Of a stretch of 64,000 bases of DNA, positions 52,460-61,713 are shown one piece after another. Under the pieces are notes generated by a model. The model saw only the letters and a list, made by a program, of their open reading frames with translations, was not told the origin of the DNA and made no database searches. A program made the translations under genes and the position numbers. This stretch comes from Nemertoderma westbladi (Eukaryota > Animalia > Xenacoelomorpha), in NCBI GenBank assembly GCA_032718475.1, contig JAUCBJ010007720.1, forward strand, positions 62,001 through 126,000, given 5' to 3'. Position 1 is the first letter of the stretch. The number at the start of each line of letters is the position of its first letter.

Positions 52460-55400
52460 TGCGAGGGCCGAAATAGGTAAACCGCAACAACCGGCGACAG
52501 AAAGTAATAGGGGGATTGCGAGTATCCCCAGCGGCGTGCGACCGAGCAGAGAGAGACAGGTTGACGTCGTGAGAGGGCGGACGAAGCGTCGAGCCCGATC
52601 GGAAGAGGGAAGAAGAACAGTGGGGTTTAACCGGGAGGTCGACGAGAGATCTCACGAGCGGGAATACTCCACTGAAAGGAGAAGAAGAGAAGACAGTAGT
52701 AGAAGTATCGCCGCGAACGATAGAAGAGCGAGGACGGATAGCGAGCCGTCGGTAGTCGAGATGAGAACAGAGAGTCAGTGGGGTCGGACTCCGGGAGATT
52801 GCCATCGCCCCGGAGAGATGCGACCCGGCGAGGCGCACTACGCGCCGAGAGAGGGGTACGCGATGTACCGGTACGAAGATGAGAACAGTAGAGAGGGGGG
52901 TCGAAGAGAAACTTTCCGACGGAATATACCTACCGATCGAGAATACGGTAGCCGCGGGGAGGATTATTCGAGAAGAATAAACTTCGATCCCGAACAACAC
53001 ATGCAGACTGTAGGACATACTGTATGCCTTACTGCACATACCGTAGGCCATACTGAGAGAGGCAATGTAGGCGATAGGATAGCGTGGACAACGGGATTAA
53101 ACCCGGAAGTCGCGGAATACATACCGGCGGGTAGGCCAGAAGCTGATAGGCCTATACCGGTACCAGTACAGCAGTATGACTACAGCATGCAGGGACATAA
53201 CATATACCCAGGGGAGGGGGGAATTATTGCGGATAGGTGCATGGGCCCCAACATATTAACATCAACCCCAGTACCAAACATACCGGTGGGGGGGGGACAG
53301 GGTGACATTCCCCCATCACAATATCAACAATATACCCCGATAGGAGCAAGAACAACGAGACCCTTGCATGAGAATAGGTCGTGTGATACAGACATATGGA
53401 GGGGGCCACTACCCCCGATGACATACCCAAGTCAGAGAAAGTCAAGAAATAGGACAGACGGAACGCACCAGACAGGAGAAACTATACAGCATCCGTCGAA
53501 CCCATTGGAAGCACAGGCGATGGGGATGGCCACGTTGATCGACGCGTTGAAAACGAGGATCGAGCTACCACCCGTGGAACCATTCAAATTCGATGGGAGC
53601 AGGCCGGAAGAATATCTACAGTTTTGGCGCATGTATAGTAACGAAATACTAACAAAAAACTTGACGCAGGTGGAGTGCCTAAAGTATCTGCAAGTGTACA
53701 CGGGAGGCCCAGCATACGATATCGTGAGGCAATATCAAGGAATAGAGGGCGGCTTCACGACAGCATGGCGGGCACTGGATAGGGAATACGGGCACCCGGC
53801 CAAGATCATCAGACAGACGTTGAGAGGCATAACATCGGGTGGCCTACAGGATAATCCCATTAGCATTAAGACATTTGCTAACAAAGTTGAAAAGGCGCTA
53901 ATCGTGCTGAAGACGCTAGACGCGCCATACGAGCTCAACGCGTCCAACAACATCACCACGATAGCGCAGGCACTACCGAGCTGGCTGCGCAACAAGTGGA
54001 GGAAAATCGCCTTCTCCACTCGAGATAAGAAGGGTGCGGAACCGGGTTTAGAAGAAATGTCAAACTTCTTAAACTACGAGGCTGAGCTAATAACTGACCC
54101 AGTCTATAGCGAAGACAGCCTGGGAAAGGGACCGAAGACAGACTACCATAGACCGAAACCAGAGCACAACACATCAAACGCATTACCGAGACTCAGGCAA
54201 TCATTGCCATATGCAGCGACGCAGGGGACTGCAAGTCCACAGCTAGCCGAGGATAAGACAACACCATGGAACGGACAGGGAAACAATAACAACACGAATA
54301 AACATAACCCCAGTACGTCCAGTAGGCTAAATCCAAACAATAAGAATAGTAGGGACTTTGGTACAAACGCAACTGCGATACGCAATGCACTGTATAAAGA
54401 GGGCTACGACCCAAAGAGCAAATGCCAGCTACACGCAAATGCGCTTCATCAAACCATGAACTGCAGGTACTGGCAGGCGCTACCTAGGCAGGATCAGATA
54501 GATTATGCGTTCAGCAATAAAATCTGCTCGCGATGTGTAATGAGTGGACATAGAGCAAGGGAGTGCAAGGAGAAGCCAATAAAATTTGGTCAAAGGAGAG
54601 GCCAAACGATGGCGACCAGCACAGTAGGGGCGAAGAAGAGGGGAACGGTGTTACTTGGAGTAGTACCAGTGCGAGTGATCGGGGAAGGCAATCGATCAGT
54701 AACAACACTAATGCTGGTTGATAGTGGAGCTGCTTTCACATTAGTCGAGGGATGGGTGGCCGAGGAGATAGGATTGAGAACGAGGCCAAGCAGGATGGCG
54801 GTAACAACCATCTCTAGCAAAGATGAGATCCTGGAGATGAGAACAGGACGGTGCGCAATTGCAGCAATGGCACCAGGATGCGACTATGGGGCAACCATCG
54901 ACCCCATCCAAGTGATAGAGTCAATTAATATTAATGCCAGGCGACCAACCAACATCGAGGTCGAGCAGTATAAATTCCTGGACGACATTGACTTCTCAAT
55001 CCCAGACGTGGACGTTAGGAAGGTGTCCATCATAGTAGGCATGGACTGCCCAACGGCCCACGAAAGAATGCAAACGGTCTTCGGCGAAGACAAGCAGAGT
55101 GACCCAGTGGCCATATTAACACCATTCGGGTGGACGCTGAGTGGTCCAATTAAGAGCAAGATACCATTTAGGATGTCGGAGACATCAGGATGCATGTTCG
55201 CGGGAACAATGCAGGAAATGGGTAAGGAGGGAGCAGAGGAGCAGCTTAAAAGACTGTTCAGACAGGATTTCGAGGGACTGAAAGAAACCGGAGTCGGGAC
55301 CTCAGTAGAAGACAAGCGGGCTCTACAAAGCGTGGAGGAATCAATGACATGCGATGAGGGACGGTATACTATAGGAATGGTATGGAAACTACCGAAGATA

Positions 55401-58400
55401 CCGCTGCCCGACAATAGGGGGATGGTACTCACGAGACTCCGCAAACTGAAACAAACACTAAAACGGAGCCCCGAGAAGAATGAGTACATCCACAGAACAA
55501 TTAAGAAGTACGTCGAGAAAGGATGGGCCGTGGAGTTACCGGTCGACGAGCCGAACACGGATAGGACATATTACCTGCCACTGCACGTGGCTTTAGATCC
55601 AAAGAAAGGTAAACTAAGGATGGTAGTCGACGCATCGGCAAAGACCGACGGAAAGTGCTTAAACGACTACCTGTTAGAAGGCCCAAACATATACAATTCG
55701 GGCATAGAGGTGTTACTTAGATTTAGAAATGGGAAACACGCCTTCACGTGTGACATAGAAGGCATGTTCAACCAAGTCCGTGTAACGGAGGAAGATAGCG
55801 ACAGTCAGCGCTTTTTATGGTATAACGGCGAGGAAGAACCGTCGATAATACCGGCATATAAGATGGTAGTACAGAACATGGGGGCCAAGTCGTCTTCATT
55901 TACGACGACTATGGCAGTGAGAGACACAGTAAAGGGGAAGGAAGATAGATACAGCAGTAGGGCCGTCGATATGATTCGACGCGGCTTCTACGTAGACGAC
56001 GGAATGGAGTCTGGAAATACGGTTAAGGAGATACTGGATACAGGGCGCGAGGTTCGCGACATCCTAAAGGGATCCGGCTTTAACCTAACCAAATTCCAAT
56101 CCAGTTCGGAAGAATTTATCAAAGCCATAGAGGACAGGAAACCAGAATCGACCATGGATAATCCCACAACAGCCAAAGGGCAGGACATGGCGATTAAGAG
56201 AACGGAATCCCAGCAGAAGGCATTGGGAATCGTGTGGGATAGAGAGACAGACGAACTGAAGTATCAGCTGAGCCAGGAGGGCGCAGACATCCACACGAAG
56301 AGGGGTTATGTATCGTATATAGCAAGGATATACGATCCCCTAGGCCTAGCATCCCCATTATTAGTCACGGGGAAACAGATACTCAAGAGAGTATACAAAT
56401 TGAAAGATGAGTGGGACGTAGAGGTACCAGAGGAAATCAAGAAACAGTGGAGCAAGTGGACAGGAGACTTGGAGAAGATGGGAACATACAACATGCCACG
56501 GGTGTATTTCCCGGATGGGAACATGATGAATCTGGACCTACACATGTTCTTCGACGCGTCGTTGGAAGCGTACGGAGCGGCACTCTACTTAGTACAACGA
56601 GAGGGGGCTCATAAGCCAAGACTAGCCTTTAGTAAAGCAAAGTCAACGCCACCAGATTCAGCATCAGTTCCTAAGTTAGAATTGACAGCCGCGAGACTAG
56701 GAGTAAGAGCCACAGCCTACCTAGTGGATACTATTCCCAACATAGTAGAGACACACTACTGGACGGACTCCATGGTAGTGCTTGGTTGGCTACACAACGA
56801 AAGGACGAGATACCCGATATTCGTCGCGAATAGAGTGGACGAAATAAGGGCGAGCACAGAACTGGAAAGGTGGCACTACTGCCCAACAGACGATAACCCA
56901 GCGGACTTGTTGTCAAGGGGCGTGGTACGCCACACTTTCTTGAAGAAGGAAGTATTGTGGCAACATGGGCCACAATTTCTGAGCGATAAGGAGGCCTGGC
57001 CGCCGATGAGAAAGGTGGACCCGGGCTCAGAAGTAGAGTCAGAGGGAGAAGAGGGAGATTCAGAGGGAGAAGAGATATACTCCCAGATGGTGAGGGAGAT
57101 TAGGGACGTGCAACCAGGACGGGAACTGTGCGATAACCCCACGGATAAACTCCTCAGCTACAGTTCTAGTTGGTATAAGACCAAGAAACTAGTGGCGTAC
57201 TGGAGAGCCTTCGGGAATTTCCTTGCGGGAGTTGGCAAGGACAAGAAGATCAGGACAACCATAGATCTGGAAGGAGCGGCCAAGGCAGTGATCCGCTATG
57301 AACAACGGAAGAACTACGGCGACGAGGTGGAACGCGTCGGTAACCAACAGCACCTCCGACGGGACAGCGAGCTGATTACGCTGTCGCCACAACTCAATGA
57401 CGACGGGATTCTAGTAATGAATTCTAGGGTGGGATACAACAACAGCATAGTCGTACCACCGAAACCCATCATCATTCCTACAGGATCGCCAATAGTCCAC
57501 CAGATTATATGGGACTCCCACAAATCGATATTGCACGGGGGCACCAACCGAACCCTCACAGAGATAAGGAGGACCTATTGGGTCAAACAACTGAGGAAGA
57601 AGGTAAAAGCGGTAGTGGGGCAGTGCCAGACCTGCCGACGAGCGAAGAAGGAGCGAGCCGTACAGGAGATGGCGCCACTACCGGCGAGTAGGGTAAGACA
57701 GCACGACCCGCCATTTACGCATTGCGGTGTGGACATGTTCGGGCCAATAAAGATCAAAGTGATGCGACACACGGAGAAACGCTACGGCATTATCTTCGTT
57801 TGTAACAACACACGGGCAGTAGGGATAGAACTCGCCCAAGATGCAACCGCATCAGCATTCATTAATGCCTTAGAAAGATTTAGAGACCGCAAAGGTGGGA
57901 CGATCGCAGTGATATACAGCGACAACGGCACCAACTTTGTGGGCGCAGAGAGTGAGATAGCAGAGGCCTTGGACATCTTGGAGGGAGAAGAAGTCAGGGC
58001 AGCCATGAGACGACGACAAGTAAAGTGGGAGAGAAGGATGCCGTATGCACCACATACACTAGGATGCGTCGAGAGACTGGTGGGCAGTTCAAAGCGTCTA
58101 ATGACGAAGCTAATGAACACCCACATGGTCACTGAGGACGTCTTACGTACAGTACTTGCGAAGTGCGAGGGGATCATTAATAGCAGACCGCTATATCCGG
58201 AGAATGATGACCCTGAGTCACTAGACGTGCTAACGCCTAGCCATTTCCTAATGGAAAGGCCAGCGACGATCGATATGCGGGGTGTAGACCCAGATGACAT
58301 ACACTCCCGCCAAAGTTGGAAAGTCGCTAAAGCAATAAGCGCAGAGTATTGGAGGAGGTGGGTCGAGGAATACCTACCCACACTCCATAAAAGGAGTAAG

Positions 58401-58628
58401 TGGAGGAAGCCAAATAGGGAGTTAAGAGAGGGAGATCTCGTAATCGTTACGGATGATACTATCATCAACAACCAGTGGCGGTTGGCGAGAGTTGTAGGCA
58501 CTTACTCCGACGAGGACGGAAGAGTCCGATCGGTAGAAGTGCGGATAGGTGGTAAGATAGGTGCGAAGGACAGAAAAACCTACAGGAGGGCTGTGGGAAA
58601 ATGCTGTCTGTTAGAAGGGGCACCTTAG
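52362..58628 (+). CDS. pol: BEL/Pao Gag-Pol polyprotein: Gag core, zinc knuckles, aspartic protease, RT, RNase H, integrase
   Basis: 2088 uninterrupted codons. Motifs: PPVEPFKFDG (gag core), CQLHANALHQTMNC and CSRCVMSGHRAREC, LVDSGA, CDIEGMF and YVDD, FFDAS/PKLELTAA/WTDS/NPADLLSRG, HHCC, VDMFGP/SDNGTNF/VERLVG, WRRWVEEYL. Confidence 0.97.
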   Translation: MASGGGGLREPHNSELAAKRGGAESVPQPSADNARAEIGKPQQPATESNRGIASIPSGVRPSRERQVDVVRGRTKRRARSEEGRRTVGFNREVDERSHEREYSTERRRREDSSRSIAANDRRARTDSEPSVVEMRTESQWGRTPGDCHRPGEMRPGEAHYAPREGYAMYRYEDENSREGGRRETFRRNIPTDREYGSRGEDYSRRINFDPEQHMQTVGHTVCLTAHTVGHTERGNVGDRIAWTTGLNPEVAEYIPAGRPEADRPIPVPVQQYDYSMQGHNIYPGEGGIIADRCMGPNILTSTPVPNIPVGGGQGDIPPSQYQQYTPIGARTTRPLHENRSCDTDIWRGPLPPMTYPSQRKSRNRTDGTHQTGETIQHPSNPLEAQAMGMATLIDALKTRIELPPVEPFKFDGSRPEEYLQFWRMYSNEILTKNLTQVECLKYLQVYTGGPAYDIVRQYQGIEGGFTTAWRALDREYGHPAKIIRQTLRGITSGGLQDNPISIKTFANKVEKALIVLKTLDAPYELNASNNITTIAQALPSWLRNKWRKIAFSTRDKKGAEPGLEEMSNFLNYEAELITDPVYSEDSLGKGPKTDYHRPKPEHNTSNALPRLRQSLPYAATQGTASPQLAEDKTTPWNGQGNNNNTNKHNPSTSSRLNPNNKNSRDFGTNATAIRNALYKEGYDPKSKCQLHANALHQTMNCRYWQALPRQDQIDYAFSNKICSRCVMSGHRARECKEKPIKFGQRRGQTMATSTVGAKKRGTVLLGVVPVRVIGEGNRSVTTLMLVDSGAAFTLVEGWVAEEIGLRTRPSRMAVTTISSKDEILEMRTGRCAIAAMAPGCDYGATIDPIQVIESININARRPTNIEVEQYKFLDDIDFSIPDVDVRKVSIIVGMDCPTAHERMQTVFGEDKQSDPVAILTPFGWTLSGPIKSKIPFRMSETSGCMFAGTMQEMGKEGAEEQLKRLFRQDFEGLKETGVGTSVEDKRALQSVEESMTCDEGRYTIGMVWKLPKIPLPDNRGMVLTRLRKLKQTLKRSPEKNEYIHRTIKKYVEKGWAVELPVDEPNTDRTYYLPLHVALDPKKGKLRMVVDASAKTDGKCLNDYLLEGPNIYNSGIEVLLRFRNGKHAFTCDIEGMFNQVRVTEEDSDSQRFLWYNGEEEPSIIPAYKMVVQNMGAKSSSFTTTMAVRDTVKGKEDRYSSRAVDMIRRGFYVDDGMESGNTVKEILDTGREVRDILKGSGFNLTKFQSSSEEFIKAIEDRKPESTMDNPTTAKGQDMAIKRTESQQKALGIVWDRETDELKYQLSQEGADIHTKRGYVSYIARIYDPLGLASPLLVTGKQILKRVYKLKDEWDVEVPEEIKKQWSKWTGDLEKMGTYNMPRVYFPDGNMMNLDLHMFFDASLEAYGAALYLVQREGAHKPRLAFSKAKSTPPDSASVPKLELTAARLGVRATAYLVDTIPNIVETHYWTDSMVVLGWLHNERTRYPIFVANRVDEIRASTELERWHYCPTDDNPADLLSRGVVRHTFLKKEVLWQHGPQFLSDKEAWPPMRKVDPGSEVESEGEEGDSEGEEIYSQMVREIRDVQPGRELCDNPTDKLLSYSSSWYKTKKLVAYWRAFGNFLAGVGKDKKIRTTIDLEGAAKAVIRYEQRKNYGDEVERVGNQQHLRRDSELITLSPQLNDDGILVMNSRVGYNNSIVVPPKPIIIPTGSPIVHQIIWDSHKSILHGGTNRTLTEIRRTYWVKQLRKKVKAVVGQCQTCRRAKKERAVQEMAPLPASRVRQHDPPFTHCGVDMFGPIKIKVMRHTEKRYGIIFVCNNTRAVGIELAQDATASAFINALERFRDRKGGTIAVIYSDNGTNFVGAESEIAEALDILEGEEVRAAMRRRQVKWERRMPYAPHTLGCVERLVGSSKRLMTKLMNTHMVTEDVLRTVLAKCEGIINSRPLYPENDDPESLDVLTPSHFLMERPATIDMRGVDPDDIHSRQSWKVAKAISAEYWRRWVEEYLPTLHKRSKWRKPNRELREGDLVIVTDDTIINNQWRLARVVGTYSDEDGRVRSVEVRIGGKIGAKDRKTYRRAVGKCCLLEGAP

Positions 58629-58775
58629 TAGAGTTAGAGAAAAGTTTAGTCGTCCAAGTTTTGGACTGAGGGGGGTGGGATTGAGGGCGAGACGCCCTTC
58701 CCACAAACAAAATAAAATAAAATAAAATAATAGTACATGGTAGGTACGCAGTTAGTAGGCAGAAGTTAGTTAAGA

Positions 58776-59270
58776 GGTACGTAGTACCTAGTTAGTTAGT
58801 TAGTTAGAGGGTACGTAAGTACCGTTAGTTAGTTAGAGAGTTAGAGGGTACGTAAGTACCGTTAGTTAGTTAGAGAGTTAGAGGGTATGTAAGTACCGTT
58901 AGTTAGTTAGAGAGTTAGAGGGTACGTAGTACCGTTAGAGAAGAGTTAGAGTTAGGGTACGTAGTACCGTTAGTTAGAGAAGAGTTAGAGGGTACGTAGT
59001 ACCGTTAGTTAGAGGAGAGTTGGAGGGTACGTAAGTACCGTTAGTTAGTTAGAGAGTTAGAGGGTATGTAAGTATGTTAGTTAGTTAGAGAGTTAGAGGG
59101 TACGTAAGTACCGTTAGTTAGTTAGAGAGTTAGAGGGTACGTAGTACCGTTAGAGAAGAGTTAGAGTTAGGGTACGTAGTACCTTTAGTTAGAGGAGAGT
59201 TAGAGGGTACGTAGTACCATTAGAGAAGAGTTAGAGTTAGGGTACGTAGTACCGTTAGTTAGAGAGAGAG
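58776..59270 (+). repeat. Minisatellite of ~34-37-bp units (about 14 copies) in the element 2 3' internal region
   Basis: Unit GGTAC-GTA(A)-GTACC followed by GTTAGTTAG/AGAGAGTTAGAG purine-rich spacers. Confidence 0.95.
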
Positions 59271-60826
59271 AGTAAGAGGTAGAAGGGTATATAAGATATA
59301 GATATTAGTTAGCAGTTAGTAGCGTTAGTAGCGAGAGGGGGGCATATGAGTACAGCTGGGTAAATCGTGTGGCCACACGACGCACACTGCTGTACTGCAT
59401 AGGCCCACAGAGTAGGCCAGAATGTGGATTAGGGAATAGAATAATCAATAGGAAGCAGTAGGGTAGTAGGATTGAAATTAAATCAAAATAAAATTAGAAT
59501 AAGAATAGGGCTAAGAAGGGGAACAAATTATGGTAACAGTAGTAAGAATAGGCAATAACTCAGAAATTCAGAAAGAGATAGGCCATTGAACCGAACTTAA
59601 ACCACCTAAGCCCATCACTCATCACGTTTGCGCCTTGGCAAGGCACCACCTACGGGTGAGCGATCGGGCAGAGTTCGAGATGGCAGGTGAACTTGTTAGA
59701 GAGGAGAGAAGCAGAGGAGAGGGAGGAGGAAGCTAGGGCGCAGAGCTACGGCTTCGAGGAATAAGCAGCCTTAGACGAACTTCGTTGGGCTTCGTCAGGG
59801 AGTTCGGGGGAGTCTCTAGGGAAAGAACTGGGGTGGACGGTGGGATCACCGAAACAGTCGACGACGGGATTGCAAGCAAAGAAGATGATCCTATGGGACG
59901 CCACCAGAGGGAGACAACCGGGCCACTCTGAGGGGCCACCGGCGAAGCGATATCGGGCACTAATAACACCAGCGCCCAAGGAGCCAACGACCGGGATCAG
60001 CAGGGAGGTGGCGGTGAAGGTCCGAAAGCAGAAAGCGGATGATGCCAGAGGAACGGTGATAACCAAGAAACGACCCAGGGAAGAGGACGCCAGGGGGAAC
60101 TATCCCCAGAGGAACAGATAGGTTCCCAGAGTCGAGGGAGAGAGACTGGGACTTGGACGTGGTACGCCTGGAAGGCGCCGCGTGGGACGTACGAACTATT
60201 AAGTACAAATTTAATTAATGCAAATAATCATATAAGTGCAATTCGTATGTACGTATGTAGCAATTAGTAATCTACGAATATATACGCTGGGAGTAAGTAC
60301 TATAGTCATACAACCTTTCTCAATTAGCTACTGGGACTGGGGGATAACTGACTATGGCACTATGGACGAGACACCAGACAATTTCACACTTCTTGAGTGC
60401 GATGGCACAAGAGGGGGGGGGGAGATTCGTCAGAAGGGATGAGGTAGTCAGAGTAGGGTTGAGGGACGGAGTAGTAGGTGCGGAGTGCGGAGAGAGTGCG
60501 GACGCAATTCTAGTGTGGGGGGGGGGGAGAATAAGAGGCTGAGTGAGGGACGAGGAGGTCCGGGTGTATGGGAGAGTTAGGATGAGAGTGAAGAAGAGAT
60601 AGGGCGGAAGTGTTGGGGAAACAAAAGTTGCGTGAGAGGTGAACGCGATCGGCCCAACATGAGACGCCAGGCACACAGAGTAGCGTTATCATACCCATAG
60701 GGGGCGGCCTGGAAAGCCGGCTCCGAGAGAAAAGAATTCCACCCCACACCCGATACTAGATCGGGATCCAGCGGGATTGTAGCACACTTTTTGGATGATG
60801 CTATCTTCTTACCGGGAAGATAGCAT

Positions 60827-60835
60827 GGGGGGGAG
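60827..60835 (+). promoter_or_regulatory. Polypurine tract of element 2
   Basis: GGGGGGGAG immediately precedes TGTTAG of the 3' LTR. Confidence 0.92.
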
Positions 60836-61379
60836 TGTTAGCTTATTCAATCCCGCTAACACCCCATAAAGTTATAAGCCGATAAGCAATATTGGGAGCC
60901 ACGAGATTGGGTAATTAACCAACTCGTGCCATCCCAATAAGAATGGGAAGGAGAAGCACACAATGAGGGTCAGGGGCCAAACCCCTAACCCAGAGAGAAT
61001 AGGTGGAGTGAACGGGAACACTCCAAGGGGCGCCAACAAGGGTATCAACCAATCAGAGGGGGGAAAGGCATCGATTAGGTAGAGTAACAAGGCCAACCGT
61101 GCAATATAGCCACTTGGCAGTAATAATACCAATTCAGTTATCTCAGTGCAATACCGGTGCTAGATTAGGTTACATAGTTTTAGATAGGGAAGGACCGGGA
61201 CTTTAGTTACCGTATCCCGCCTTCCGTATACGACAATATATCTCATACCTATATCTATATCTATATCTGCATATCATATTATATACGACAAACAGTACAA
61301 ACTCATTTACTCTTTATACACGGCGGGGACGCGTGAACTAAAACCGGATAAACCGGGATCCCTCTTGGATCCCGTCACA
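60836..61379 (+). repeat. 3' LTR of element 2 (544 bp)
   Basis: Direct repeat of 49468-50007. Confidence 0.97.
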
Positions 61380-61490
61380 ATACCGGTACAGCAGTACAGG
61401 ACAGTAGCTAGTATACTAGTGGAGTAGTGTAGGTTTACGGATACCGGTACAGCAGTACAGGACAGTTGCTAGTATACTAGTGTAGGTTTA
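61380..61490. repeat. Two-copy ~61-bp tandem repeat flanking the 3' LTR
   Basis: ATACCGGTACAGCAGTACAGGACAGT(A/T)GCTAGTATACTAGTG at 61380 and 61441. Confidence 0.9.
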
Positions 61491-61713
61491 TCTTATACAA
61501 TGTGTGCAGCCCCCCCCCCCCCCCCCTCCTCAGAGATATAGTAATTTATATTTTATAAGTTCTTTCTTAAAAATTTAGGCAACCAACTCCCTTATGGCGA
61601 TCACTCGGTGAATATCGAATAGGGGTTATCTTAATCTCAATTTGCTCGGAAAATAAAAGATTTAATTAAATCTTAATTAAACAGAAGACAGAGAAGAAAG
61701 AAGAACCAACCTG

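Larger units (their letters stand above)
49468..61379 (+). mobile_element. Element 2: near-complete BEL/Pao LTR retrotransposon (~11.9 kb)
   Basis: Two nearly identical TGTTAG...TCACA LTRs, a gag-PR-RT-RH-IN polyprotein, and a PPT before the 3' LTR. Confidence 0.97.

Noticed and set aside
49935-58710. Numerous antisense and alternative-frame ORFs over the element 2 gag-pol (likewise over element 1)
   Set aside because: These are shadow ORFs caused by strand-biased, repetitive composition, with no independent motifs.
58790-59270. Telomeric repeat
   Set aside because: GTTAG/TTAG motifs resemble TTAGG but never form a (TTAGG)n run, and they lie inside an LTR element.
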